Of a stretch of 30,679 bases of DNA, positions 1 through 9,959 are shown piece after piece; within the stretch, counting starts at the first letter, position 1, and every line of letters begins with the position of its first letter. Source of the DNA: a virus (lineage: Duplodnaviria; Caudoviricetes); the IMG/VR virus record IMGVR_UViG_3300032218_000576, positions 1 to 30,679 of that record. One strand, 5' to 3'. The position numbers were made by a program, and so were the translations under genes. The notes below the pieces were generated by a model. It made no database searches and was not told the origin of the DNA. It was given only the letters and a program-made list of their open reading frames with translations.

Positions 1-29
1 AAGGCCCTGCGCCTGTTACGGCGGTCTAA
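1..29 (+). CDS. 3' end of an upstream gene (partial, ...GPAPVTAV*)
   Basis: Open frame ending TAA 27-29 directly abutting ATG 30 (TAAATG); too short to identify. Confidence 0.4.
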
Positions 30-371
30 ATGGCAGGCTCAACCGTCCAAAGAAACGCTGGCAAGACTTATGCCTTGTCGGTGACTAGTAGCTCCCATGC
101 TGCTGTTCTGATTGACGACACCACAAACGACCAAATCAATTATTCCTCTTTCCTCAATACCGGAACATCCGCTATTGCTGTGAAATGGGGGCCAACTGAC
201 CCTGGTGCTGCTGTGTTGCCCGTTGATGGCACTCCTGGCGATTTTGTTTTGCCTGCTGGCATGACAAGTCCCTTGATTCTTGCCACACCCACGACACCGT
301 ACTATTTGACCGCCATTAGCGCGTCTGCTACTGGTATTTTGTACGTTACTCCCGCAGCAGATCAATCTTAA
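30..371 (+). CDS. Putative virion structural/decoration protein
   Basis: 113 aa, S/T/A/G-rich and beta-like, in the structural operon. Confidence 0.7.
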   Translation: MAGSTVQRNAGKTYALSVTSSSHAAVLIDDTTNDQINYSSFLNTGTSAIAVKWGPTDPGAAVLPVDGTPGDFVLPAGMTSPLILATPTTPYYLTAISASATGILYVTPAADQS

Positions 372-380
372 GGAAAATCC

Positions 381-869
381 ATGTCGAGTTCAAACGCTGT
401 AGCTTCTACATCAACAACCAATACCGTTCCTGTTCAGGCTCAGTTTGACTCGGCTGGTAATTGCGTTGGTCTTATCGGCCCAGGCGGGGTGGTGTTTTCG
501 CCACCTTTATCTGGTAATACAGAAAATCCATCAACTTTGTCATTAGGTGGCAAATTGGTCTGTAGTTCTACAGCCCCCACTTTGGGTTCTGGTTGGGGTA
601 CTGGTGCAACCATTACGGCTTTTAATACTGCATGTTTTAAAATTGTTGTTGGTACTGGTGGATCTAGTGCTGGAACTATTAACTTTCCAACCGCTGCAAA
701 TGGATGGATTGTTTTTGCCGCTGACGTTACTGGTGGAACATCACTTTTCTTGCAACAAACCGCAAGCACAGCAACATCTGTAACCGTTACTAGCTTTGGC
801 ATTACTACTGGTTCAGCTTCTCCAATGTCTGCTGGTGATGTAATTCTGGTGAATGCATTTGCTTATTAA
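381..869 (+). CDS. Putative virion fibre/decoration protein
   Basis: SD AAGGA; S/T/G-rich; N-terminal ~44 aa similar to the N-terminus of the next gene. Confidence 0.75.
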   Translation: MSSSNAVASTSTTNTVPVQAQFDSAGNCVGLIGPGGVVFSPPLSGNTENPSTLSLGGKLVCSSTAPTLGSGWGTGATITAFNTACFKIVVGTGGSSAGTINFPTAANGWIVFAADVTGGTSLFLQQTASTATSVTVTSFGITTGSASPMSAGDVILVNAFAY

Positions 870-877
870 GGCAAAAA

Positions 878-2473
878 ATGTCCAATAACGTAGCAAAAAC
901 AGTAACGACAAACATTGTTCCTGTTCAAGCTATTTTTGACGTAAATGGCGTTTGTATTGGCTTGGTCGGTCCTGGTGGGGAATTCTTTTCCCCACCTTTA
1001 AGCTCTGACACAATTTCAAATGCGACCATTACTAACAGCACTATCAATAGTTCTGTTATTGGCGCGACAACGCCTGCTGTTGGCACATTTTCACAAATGA
1101 ACACCAGCAACGCCCAAATTACGGGCGGTAGCATTACTGGTGTATCAATCACAATTACAGCCTTAAACGGCACTCCTGTAGGCAATATCACGCCTTCAAC
1201 CGGTGCTTTTACCACGCTGTCATCTACTGATTTGACCGTTACAAACGTAATTAGCGGTTCAATTAACGGAAATGCTGCGACTGCAACCACCGCGACCACG
1301 GCGACAACAGCAACCACGGCCACCACAGCTAATAAGGTTGCAAATGCAATCACTTTTAACTCAAGCGGTTCTGGTGCGTCGTCTGGTGCGACTTTTGATG
1401 GTTCTGCGGTACAGACAATTTCCTACAACACGATTGGCGCACCTTCTTTACTTGGAGCAGGCGCCTCTGGCACTTGGGGCATAAGCATTTCAGGCAATGC
1501 TGCAACCGCTACAAACGGTTTGGTATCTACTGGTTCTTATTCAAATCCAACGTGGCTGACTTCTATTTCGGGAAGCATTGTTAGCGGCGCTGTAGCTTCT
1601 GCGACATTGGCTGCAAGTGCTACCAACGTAGCTGGCGGTACTGCTGGAGCATTGCATTTCCAAACTGGTGTTGGTGCTACATCATTTCTGTCTCTTGGAA
1701 CGACAAACTATGTATTGACTGCTGGCGCAACGGCCCCTCAATATGTGGCTCAATCTACCCTTTCTGTAGGTTCTGCAACGACTGCAACGACTGCAACTAA
1801 TATCGCTGGTGGTGTGGCTGGAGCTGTTCCTTACCAAACTGGCGTTGGCGCAACCGGATTTAGCGCAGCAGGCACAACTGGCCAAGTTTTGACTTCAAAC
1901 GGTTCAAGCGCACCTACTTGGTCAACACCAGTTTCTTATGCGACTGTGACCGATGACACGACCACCAACGCAGCCCGCTATCCATTGTTTGCAGCGGCCA
2001 CAAGCGGCAATTTAACGACTGAATACACCAGCTCCACTAAGTACCAATTTAATCCCTCTACGGGCGTTTTAACGGCCACATCGTTTAGTGGCGCAGGTAC
2101 TGGATTGACAGGAACTGCATCAAGTCTATCGATTGGTGGAAATTCCGCAAACGTGACCGGAACTGTTGTTGTCGGTAACGGTGGAACTGGCGTTACAACT
2201 TTGTCAGGGTTGGCTTACGGAAACGGAACGTCTGCTTTTACTGCTGCAACTGCTGCTCAGGTGGTGGCTGTTATAAACTCAACCGCAGTAACCAATGCGA
2301 CAAACGCTGTGAACACGGGCACAACTGACGACACAAGCACAAACGCGACTGTTTATCCGGTCTGGAAAACCAGCACAACTGGCAACTTGCCAGAAAAAAC
2401 ATCTTCAACAAAGCTCAAATTTAACCCAAGCACAGGGGCATTGACAGCCTCACAGTTAATCATTGCACCGTAA
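878..2473 (+). CDS. Long fibre protein (head or tail fibre)
   Basis: 531 aa, T/A/G/S-rich; GATTPAVGTF/GNITPSTGAF, GNAATAT and duplicated TDDT..FNPSTG.LTA modules typical of phage fibres. Confidence 0.8.
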   Translation: MSNNVAKTVTTNIVPVQAIFDVNGVCIGLVGPGGEFFSPPLSSDTISNATITNSTINSSVIGATTPAVGTFSQMNTSNAQITGGSITGVSITITALNGTPVGNITPSTGAFTTLSSTDLTVTNVISGSINGNAATATTATTATTATTATTANKVANAITFNSSGSGASSGATFDGSAVQTISYNTIGAPSLLGAGASGTWGISISGNAATATNGLVSTGSYSNPTWLTSISGSIVSGAVASATLAASATNVAGGTAGALHFQTGVGATSFLSLGTTNYVLTAGATAPQYVAQSTLSVGSATTATTATNIAGGVAGAVPYQTGVGATGFSAAGTTGQVLTSNGSSAPTWSTPVSYATVTDDTTTNAARYPLFAAATSGNLTTEYTSSTKYQFNPSTGVLTATSFSGAGTGLTGTASSLSIGGNSANVTGTVVVGNGGTGVTTLSGLAYGNGTSAFTAATAAQVVAVINSTAVTNATNAVNTGTTDDTSTNATVYPVWKTSTTGNLPEKTSSTKLKFNPSTGALTASQLIIAP

Positions 2474-2482
2474 GGAAACATC

Positions 2483-3856
2483 ATGGGACAACTAGTATTT
2501 CAAGCAACTTTAGGCGGTCAAGTTAACTTGGTCGGCCCTAACACAGCGTCCACGTTCAACATTAACGTCCCTGCTGTAGCTGGCAACATGGTGACAACTG
2601 GCGACACCGGAACTGTGACTAGCACGATGCTGTCTACTACTACGTTAACTGCCTTTGCTGCGACTACGGCTTCGTCAAACAAAGGCGCGTTTAACTACGG
2701 TACTTTAAACTTTAGCGATACGGGCATTGTTCAATCGTTGCAGACTAGCGTAAACAGCTATTTCCAGAACGTTATTCAAAACACAAGCAACGGAACTGCT
2801 GCATCTGCTGAGTTTATTGCGTACAACGATCAAGGAACGGCGACAACGAACTTTGCCACAATGGGTATTAACTCAAGCGGTTACACGGGCACAGGTTCAA
2901 TTAACGCTGCTGGATATGCTTATTTCTTGTCTGGAAGCACAGATTTGGTTCTTGGAACAATTGGCAGCAACAAAATTCACTTTACTGTCAATAGCGGAGC
3001 AACTGATGCAATGCTCATTGATACATCTGGCAACGTGGGTGTGGGTGTTACTCCTAGTGCTTGGGTATCTCCAGCTTTACCTGCTATTGATATAGGCACA
3101 ATGGGGGCTATTGCTGGTCAAACCAGTGCATCAAACCTGCATTTTGTAGCTAATGGATATTTAGGTTCTGGCCCTGCGTGGAAATATAAAACTACAAACT
3201 ATTCAAGCCGTTTTACCGCTGGTAATGATTCGGGTACTGGTGGTTTTGCATGGTATACAGCACCATCCGGCACAGCAGGTAACGCCATTACTTACACCCA
3301 AGCAATGACGCTGGATGCTAGTGGGAATTGGCTTTTGGGTGCAACCACTTATTCTGCTGGAAATGGAAATTATCTTTTGGCGTCTCCCACAGGAGTTTTG
3401 TGGGTTGGGCATATAAACGGAACTTCATCAGGTACTGCATACGAAAATTTCCAATACAACGGAAGCTCAATTGGCTCTATCACGCAAAACGGCACAACCG
3501 GCGTTCTGTACAACCTGACTTCTGACTACCGCCTGAAAAACAACCAAGAAGACCTGACAGGAGCCAAAGACTTCATCATGGCCTTGAAGCCTAAGAAGTG
3601 GCAATGGTGGGATGGTTCTGGTGAAGGCGTTGGCTTTATCGCTCACGAGTTCATGGAGGTTGCTAAATATTCAGGCCACGGCGAAAAAGATGCTGTTGAA
3701 ACCATTGAGATCAAAGACGAAGATGGCAACGTCACAGGTACAGAAGAGCGTCCTATCTACCAATCCATCCAACCATCCAGCTCAGAGGTAATGGCTAACC
3801 TTGTGGCGCACATTCAAAACCTTGAAACCCGTTTGGCAACTTTGGAGGCCAAATGA
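2483..3856 (+). CDS. Fibre/receptor-binding protein with C-terminal intramolecular chaperone (peptidase S74) domain
   Basis: TSDYRLKNN autocleavage motif, GFIAHE motif, terminal coiled coil IQNLETRLATLEAK; IDTSGNVGVG/LDASGNWLLG fibre motifs. Confidence 0.88.
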   Translation: MGQLVFQATLGGQVNLVGPNTASTFNINVPAVAGNMVTTGDTGTVTSTMLSTTTLTAFAATTASSNKGAFNYGTLNFSDTGIVQSLQTSVNSYFQNVIQNTSNGTAASAEFIAYNDQGTATTNFATMGINSSGYTGTGSINAAGYAYFLSGSTDLVLGTIGSNKIHFTVNSGATDAMLIDTSGNVGVGVTPSAWVSPALPAIDIGTMGAIAGQTSASNLHFVANGYLGSGPAWKYKTTNYSSRFTAGNDSGTGGFAWYTAPSGTAGNAITYTQAMTLDASGNWLLGATTYSAGNGNYLLASPTGVLWVGHINGTSSGTAYENFQYNGSSIGSITQNGTTGVLYNLTSDYRLKNNQEDLTGAKDFIMALKPKKWQWWDGSGEGVGFIAHEFMEVAKYSGHGEKDAVETIEIKDEDGNVTGTEERPIYQSIQPSSSEVMANLVAHIQNLETRLATLEAK

Positions 3857-4152
3857 CTTGGAAAATCCTAGAGGTTTACGCTGATGATGGCCTGATCACA
3901 TCGGCTAAATACCATTGCGCTATGTCAGACGAAGCCAACACGGTGGAGACTGAAGGCTATTGGTCTTTTCCTGATGGAAAGTTGAATGTTCCTTTTGATG
4001 AAGTGACAGAGGAAATGATTGCCCACTGGATTGAAGATGCCTCTACCATTGAAGGCGTAAACATCATAAAATCACGCTTACAAGAACAACTACAAACCAT
4101 CTCAAAAAAGCCTGTACCAGCCCCTTGGTTGCCACAGACTTTCACCCTATAA
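3853..4152 (+). CDS. Fibre-associated small acidic protein (possible assembly chaperone)
   Basis: ATGA overlap with the fibre gene; PFDEVTEEMIAHW and C-terminal PAPW pattern typical of small proteins that follow fibre genes. Confidence 0.65.
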   Translation: MTWKILEVYADDGLITSAKYHCAMSDEANTVETEGYWSFPDGKLNVPFDEVTEEMIAHWIEDASTIEGVNIIKSRLQEQLQTISKKPVPAPWLPQTFTL

Positions 4153-4161
4153 GGCCAAGCC

Positions 4162-5142
4162 ATGACAATGCCCATTGACATCATCTCCCGCGCATTGAAA
4201 GACATCGGGGCATTGGAAGCCGGAGAAACGCCAACCCCTGACGCTGCTCAAGACGCGTTTGACATGCTGAATGATCTTATTGACCAATGGTCAAATGAAG
4301 ACATGATGGTGTACAACGTCACGGAAATCATTTTTCCTGTAATCGCAGGTCAAGTTCAGTACACCATCGGGCCTGTTGCTTCTACTGCTAACTTTATTGG
4401 CGCGGCCTTTACGGGTTCAATTTCTGGCGACATTCTTACTGTTACTGCAATAACGTCTGGCGCAGTCGCACAAGGTCAAACTTTAAGCGGCACAGGAATT
4501 ACGGCAGGAACCAAAATTGTTGATTTTCTAACTGGCGCTGGTGGCAACGTCAACGAAGTTGGAACATACAAACTTAACATCAGTCAGTCAGTATCATCAA
4601 CTGCGATAACTGCTTACTACGAAAAACCATTGCAGATCACTTCTGCTTTTGTACGTATTAACACCAACTCAAATGGTCAGCCAATCGTAAACGGGGGCTT
4701 GGATTACCCCGTGTCCGTTCTGGCCTTGCAGGACTATGAGCTAATTGGTTTGAAGACGCTAAGTGGCCCGTGGCCTAAAGCGATCTACTTCAATCCTGGC
4801 GCTGATACTGGAAACTTGTTTGTGTGGCCTAACCCATCGCAGGGTGAGATGCACTTGTTTGCTAATACTATTTTTAGCAGATACAACGGTTTGCATGATT
4901 CTATTGTTCTGCCACAAGGCTATTCAATGGCTCTGCGCTGGTGTTTGGCGGAACGCTTGATGCCCATGTACGGCAAGGCTAGTCAAGTGCAAATCGGCAT
5001 GATTCAAGGCTATGCGGCACAAGCTAAAGCAACTTTGAAGCGCACAAACATGGCTCCTTTGCAAGTTGCTCGATACCCAGATGCTTTGATGAATACTCGC
5101 AGCAAGGATGCTGGTTGGATTTTGAGCGGAGGTTTCGTGTAG
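4162..5142 (+). CDS. P22 gp4-like head-tail adaptor with an inserted beta domain
   Basis: N-term [36 protein letters not shown]-term [17 protein letters not shown]; located before a gp10-like gene. Confidence 0.8.
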   Translation: MTMPIDIISRALKDIGALEAGETPTPDAAQDAFDMLNDLIDQWSNEDMMVYNVTEIIFPVIAGQVQYTIGPVASTANFIGAAFTGSISGDILTVTAITSGAVAQGQTLSGTGITAGTKIVDFLTGAGGNVNEVGTYKLNISQSVSSTAITAYYEKPLQITSAFVRINTNSNGQPIVNGGLDYPVSVLALQDYELIGLKTLSGPWPKAIYFNPGADTGNLFVWPNPSQGEMHLFANTIFSRYNGLHDSIVLPQGYSMALRWCLAERLMPMYGKASQVQIGMIQGYAAQAKATLKRTNMAPLQVARYPDALMNTRSKDAGWILSGGFV

Positions 5143-5154
5143 GGATTTATTAAG

Positions 5155-5183
5155 TTGACAGAATATCTAGAAATATCTATCAT
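5155..5183 (+). promoter_or_regulatory. Sigma70-type promoter for the HNH gene
   Basis: TTGACA (5155-5160), 17 bp, TATCAT (5178-5183); SD AAGGAG 5200-5205; ATG 5212. Confidence 0.75.
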
Positions 5184-5211
5184 TAAGGCTCTATTAACAA
5201 AGGAGTTAAAA

Positions 5212-5814
5212 ATGAATGATCTAGATAAATTGTTAGCAAAAAAAATTAAGCAACGTGAATATTCAAAAAAACACTACGCAAAAAAGAAAAATGGAAATGT
5301 TGCGAAATCTCCTGGTAGACCAGCAAATACACCAGAAATCTTGTGGAGCAAAGTTGATAAAAAAGGCGAAGATGAATGTTGGTTTTGGTTAGGTTACAAA
5401 AATGAAGATGGCTATGGCAGGGTACAAATCAAAGATTGGCAATACTATGCACATCGAGTAATTTATAACTTGGCATTTCCTGGCGTGATTGAAATCAGAG
5501 CGCCTAAACTAACAGACGAAAAAGGATTTTTACTTCATACCTGCGACAATCCAGCATGTTGTAACCCAAAGCATCTTTGGGTTGGGACTCATAGAGACAA
5601 CATGGAAGATAAAGTCAAGAAAAATAGGCAGAAGAAATTTCCAACAGATTCAGGCCCAAGGTGTAAATTAACTATGCAACAAGCTAGAGAAGCCAGACAA
5701 TTACGCAAGGAAGGCATCCCAACAAGGGAATTGGCTGTGCGTTTTGGAATCAGCCTGCCAAGCATGAAAACTCTTATAAGAGGCGATTCTTACAAGGAAG
5801 AACCAAATGGCTGA
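5212..5814 (+). CDS. Free-standing HNH homing endonuclease
   Basis: [42 protein letters not shown] motif plus C-terminal HTH; AT-rich; start moved to ATG 5212 after the SD. Confidence 0.9.
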   Translation: MNDLDKLLAKKIKQREYSKKHYAKKKNGNVAKSPGRPANTPEILWSKVDKKGEDECWFWLGYKNEDGYGRVQIKDWQYYAHRVIYNLAFPGVIEIRAPKLTDEKGFLLHTCDNPACCNPKHLWVGTHRDNMEDKVKKNRQKKFPTDSGPRCKLTMQQAREARQLRKEGIPTRELAVRFGISLPSMKTLIRGDSYKEEPNG

Positions 5815-7795
5815 TTTTGGATTCGTCGGGCCTAGCTACACATCTGCCTCAATCTATCAGGATACAAATGAGACGATCAATTTCTTTCCCGAAGTTGACC
5901 CACTTAAGCAACCTGGCAGTCGCGGTGTCGTTGCCCTATACCCAACACCAGGGTTAACACTTAAAGCATTGTTGCCCAACATGCAAGAAGTTCGCGGTAT
6001 GCGGACTGTCTCTGGCGGCAATCAGATGGTGGTTGTGTGTGGGCCTTACGTTTACGTTCTGACGTCAAATTTAGTTCCTGCTGTGGTCGGTGTGCTGAAT
6101 TCCTCAACAGGTCGCGTTGGCATATCTGACAACGGCATTAACGTCTACATTGTGGACGGTGCTTACCGATACACATGGCGAATCTCTAATCCTGCTAACG
6201 CTGTTTTCACGGGTTCAATCTCAGGAACAACATTAACTGTTGCTTCTAAATCTAGCGGCACGTTGGCTGTTGGACAATCGGTTTATGGCGTTGGCGTCAC
6301 GTTGGAGACTGTGATTACCGCATTGGGTTCAGGTTCAGGCGGTGTCGGAACTTACACAGTCAATGTCTCGCAAACTGTATCCACCAGAGCTTTGAATTCT
6401 GCTGCTGTGGGGGCTGTGTTTACCGCAACGTCTGCCGGTACAACCTTGACTGTTTCTGCCGTGGCATCTGGCACGATCTACGTTGGTCAGACTGTTCAAG
6501 GCGCTGGCATGGCCGCTGGAACGATCATCACGGCCCTAGGAACAGGTACAGGCGGCACAGGTACATACACGCTCAGTCAATCCAACACGGTTGGTGCTGG
6601 AGTCACTATGTACGGCATTAACTTCTCGGTTTTGCCTTCAACAGATGGAGCATTTTCTGGCGCCAACTCGGTGGACATTGTGGACAACTACTTTGTTTAC
6701 GACCATCCAGGTTCACAGCAATGGGGTTCAAGCGATTTGCTTTCTCCAATTTCTGGCTCAACTAGCTATGCCAACAAGGATGGCGCACCTGACAACATCG
6801 TAGCTTTAATTGTTGATCACCGCGAAGTCTATTTGATGGGTGAGGTTTCCTCTGAAGTTTGGGTGGATGTGGGCGCTACGCCTTTCCCATTCCAAAGAAT
6901 CCCAGGTACTTCAACCCAACACGGCATTGCGGCCAAGTTTTCTGTGTCTCGATTGGGTAATTCGTTTGCTTATGTGTCGCGCAACAATCGCGGTCAGGCA
7001 CAAATCATGCAGATGAAGGGCTACATTCCTAACCGGATTTCTACTCATGCAGTAGAAAACAGCCTTACCAATCAATATGTAAATGATGCTATCGCATGGA
7101 CTTACCAGCTTGAAGGTCATGAAATTTATGTCGTTACATTTCCCACGTTAAACCTCACTTGGGCCTATGACGCAACCACAGACATGTGGCACAAATGGCT
7201 TTACACCGCTGATGACAGCTCATATCAGCGTCACCGTGGTAACTGTTCTGCTGTGTTCCAAGGCATGGTTTTGGTGGGTGATTGGGAAAACGGCAAGATT
7301 TATGAGCTGGACAAACAGAATTACACCGATGACGGTCAAAACGTCCGCAGACTTCGCAGAGCGCCACATTTAGTTACTGACCTACAAAGACAATATTTCG
7401 ATGAATTCCAAATTCAGTTTCAGCCTGGCGTTGGTACTACTGGTCTGTCTGTTGGGACTGGTGACATCTATGTAAGTTCGCTTTACATCATCTATCCCAA
7501 TGCTTCATTCGTGATTGGGCCTTTGGCGACTTATGTGATTGGTACGCAAGGAATCTTGACGAATACTTCAACGACTACTAACCCACAGGCGATGCTGCGC
7601 TGGTCAAACGATGGTGGTTCTACTTGGACTAAGTATTACACTTGCAGCATTGGTCAACTTGGTCGGTTCAAGAATCGTGCGATTTGGCGTAGGTTGGGCA
7701 TGGCTCGGGACAGGGTGTTTGAGGTTTCCATCACAGACCCTGTGAACGCTGTCATTATTTCTGCTAACTTGAAAGCAAGTGAAGGGGAAAATTGA
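5807..7795 (+). CDS. P22 gp10-like DNA stabilisation/tail hub protein
   Basis: [64 protein letters not shown] motifs. Confidence 0.9.
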   Translation: MADFGFVGPSYTSASIYQDTNETINFFPEVDPLKQPGSRGVVALYPTPGLTLKALLPNMQEVRGMRTVSGGNQMVVVCGPYVYVLTSNLVPAVVGVLNSSTGRVGISDNGINVYIVDGAYRYTWRISNPANAVFTGSISGTTLTVASKSSGTLAVGQSVYGVGVTLETVITALGSGSGGVGTYTVNVSQTVSTRALNSAAVGAVFTATSAGTTLTVSAVASGTIYVGQTVQGAGMAAGTIITALGTGTGGTGTYTLSQSNTVGAGVTMYGINFSVLPSTDGAFSGANSVDIVDNYFVYDHPGSQQWGSSDLLSPISGSTSYANKDGAPDNIVALIVDHREVYLMGEVSSEVWVDVGATPFPFQRIPGTSTQHGIAAKFSVSRLGNSFAYVSRNNRGQAQIMQMKGYIPNRISTHAVENSLTNQYVNDAIAWTYQLEGHEIYVVTFPTLNLTWAYDATTDMWHKWLYTADDSSYQRHRGNCSAVFQGMVLVGDWENGKIYELDKQNYTDDGQNVRRLRRAPHLVTDLQRQYFDEFQIQFQPGVGTTGLSVGTGDIYVSSLYIIYPNASFVIGPLATYVIGTQGILTNTSTTTNPQAMLRWSNDGGSTWTKYYTCSIGQLGRFKNRAIWRRLGMARDRVFEVSITDPVNAVIISANLKASEGEN

Positions 7796-8025
7796 TGGCT
7801 AATGGACTGTATGGGTCTTCTCAGACTAATCCTTACCCACAAAGTGATTTTTTAGACGGTAATCGGCCTTCTAGGTCTTGGCAACAATTCTTTTTGAATC
7901 TGTTGAACTTTTCCTCGGCAACAACGGCAACCGCAGGGTCGGCAACGCTTCCTGCACAGCCCGCTGGATTCATAAATGTGACTGTAAACGGAAAGCCTTT
8001 TAAAGTTCCTTACTACAATCCTTAA
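7792..8025 (+). CDS. Small tail protein (gp26-position plug candidate)
   Basis: Overlaps the gp10 stop; SRSWQQFF and [14 protein letters not shown] motifs; synteny. Confidence 0.6.
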   Translation: MMANGLYGSSQTNPYPQSDFLDGNRPSRSWQQFFLNLLNFSSATTATAGSATLPAQPAGFINVTVNGKPFKVPYYNP

Positions 8026-8430
8026 ATGAAACTTTTGCGGATTCCACCAGAACAAATCTCACAAAGATGGGCGTCAATTTCGCCATTTTTAGCGAGTGTT
8101 TTGAAGTCTGCAACAGATGATTTCACCCTAGATCAGATGAAGGTTTATCTTACAAATGGTCAATGGTTGACACTAGGGATTTTTGATGGGGATGTTTTAA
8201 AAGGCGTAATCACGATTTCATTCACAAATATGCCAAATGACAGAGTGGCGTGGGTTACTGCGATAGGCGGTAAAAACATCACCAATTTGGACACGTTTAG
8301 CCAACTAAAAGCTATCCTAAAGGCGCATGGTGCGACTAAAATTCAGGCTGGCGTGAGGGAATCTGTTGCAAGACTTTGGCGCAGGCTTAATTTCAAGCAA
8401 CGTCAAATTCTGGTGGAGTTTAAATTATGA
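8026..8430 (+). CDS. GNAT-fold protein at the P22 gp14 position
   Basis: AWVTAIGG..KAHGATKI..RESVARLWRRLNF pattern; lies just before the ejection genes. Confidence 0.65.
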   Translation: MKLLRIPPEQISQRWASISPFLASVLKSATDDFTLDQMKVYLTNGQWLTLGIFDGDVLKGVITISFTNMPNDRVAWVTAIGGKNITNLDTFSQLKAILKAHGATKIQAGVRESVARLWRRLNFKQRQILVEFKL

Positions 8431-9950
8431 GATATAACGCTTTTTTTGGTGAATTGCCTATCAACGCTTTCAAGCCTCGGCCTGATGGTCGTATGACTTT
8501 GGAAGGCGGCGGCAATCCTGTCTCTGCCGTAACAGATGCTATCTCAGGTGTTCTTAGTGGCGTTGGAGATGTAGTCGGTGGCGCTCTTGACACCGCAGGT
8601 AATGTTGTCGGCGGCGCGGCTGACTTTGTAACCGAACATCCCTTAGAGGCTGCTGCTCTTGTCGCTGGTGGTTATTATTTTGCTCCTGAAGTTGGCGCAT
8701 GGTTTAACCCTCAAGCCGATTTTTTGATTTATGGCAGTGAGGCAGGGGTTCCTGCCGGAACAACACTTCCCGCAAATGTCGCCAGCCAATTTACAAGTGA
8801 ACTTCCCGCTGGATATGCGCCTTTTGTTCAACCTGAAGTCACGACATTGGGTAATGTGGCTGGAACGACTGAAGGCATGGCAAGCGGAACTGCTGCCGAT
8901 CTTGGCTCTAATGTTGGATTGCAAGCTGCACCAGGTCAAGGTTTAAATTTAGCGTCTACAACAGGCGCACCAGGTTTGCAAACAGGCGGTTTGGGTACAA
9001 GTCTTGCCGATATGGGTGGTGCTCAAGGTTTAACAACAGCAGGTGCTACTGGTGGAATATTAGGCGCTTCTGGTTTAAATGCAACAAATGCAGCAACGAT
9101 GGCCGGACTTGGTGCGGCTGGTTTAACTGGTGCTAATGGAATTGGTTCTACCCTTGGCGGCATAGATACAGGCGCTGCTGGTTTAGGTGCTGCAGCAGGT
9201 GCAGCAGGCGCTGGCAACACTCTTGCCGACATTCTTCCCTATACTGCAGGCGCAGGTGTTGTGTCTGGCCTTTTGGGTGCTAACGCAGCGACTAACGCAG
9301 CTCAGATTCAAGCTGATGCAGCCGCTAAAGCACAAGCACAACAGCAAGCAAACTTTGAAACAATTAACAAACAGCAAGCGCCTTATCGTGCTTCTGGTTA
9401 CGGAGCATTGAACCAACTTGCTGGCATGGGTAGCGGAGCTACAACTCAATATGATGCAAGCGGAAACCCGATTGGGCCTGTTACTGGTGCAACTGATTAC
9501 CTGACCCATCAATTCAACGCTGCTGATCTTGCCGCAGGTTTGGCTCCTAACTACGACTTCATGTTGCAGCAGGGCCAGATGGCTAACCAACGCGCTGGAA
9601 ACGTGGGTGGTGGTGCTTTGTCCGGTAACACTTTACAAGGGCTTCAAAAGTACACCCAAGATTACGCAGGCAACGCGTATCAAAATGCGTTTACGAACTA
9701 TCAGAATCAGCGCAGCAACATTTACAACACCTTGGCTGGAATCGCAGGTATTGGTCAAACTGGTCAGACTGCTACAAACACAGCGGCCACAAACTTGGCA
9801 AACGCAAATGCTCAATTGGGTGTAGGCAGCGCAGCGGCTCAGGCGGCTGGTGGAACTGGTGCAGCTAATGCTTACACCAACGCCTTGAACAACGTCACCA
9901 ATCAATACACTTTGGCTTCTTTGTTGAACCAAGGTGGTCGTGTCGCATAA
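8427..9950 (+). CDS. DNA ejection/pilot protein (P22 gp7-like, enlarged)
   Basis: Gly/Ala-rich; AATNAAQIQADAA, QQAPYRASG..ALNQL, PNYDF..QQG, LSGNTLQGLQKYTQDYA motifs. Confidence 0.78.
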   Translation: MRYNAFFGELPINAFKPRPDGRMTLEGGGNPVSAVTDAISGVLSGVGDVVGGALDTAGNVVGGAADFVTEHPLEAAALVAGGYYFAPEVGAWFNPQADFLIYGSEAGVPAGTTLPANVASQFTSELPAGYAPFVQPEVTTLGNVAGTTEGMASGTAADLGSNVGLQAAPGQGLNLASTTGAPGLQTGGLGTSLADMGGAQGLTTAGATGGILGASGLNATNAATMAGLGAAGLTGANGIGSTLGGIDTGAAGLGAAAGAAGAGNTLADILPYTAGAGVVSGLLGANAATNAAQIQADAAAKAQAQQQANFETINKQQAPYRASGYGALNQLAGMGSGATTQYDASGNPIGPVTGATDYLTHQFNAADLAAGLAPNYDFMLQQGQMANQRAGNVGGGALSGNTLQGLQKYTQDYAGNAYQNAFTNYQNQRSNIYNTLAGIAGIGQTGQTATNTAATNLANANAQLGVGSAAAQAAGGTGAANAYTNALNNVTNQYTLASLLNQGGRVA

Positions 9951-9959
9951 GGAACTGAA

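Noticed and set aside
5155-5211. TTG start for the HNH gene in the ORF track
   Set aside because: The TTG is part of the -35 box; SD and ATG at 5212 fit better
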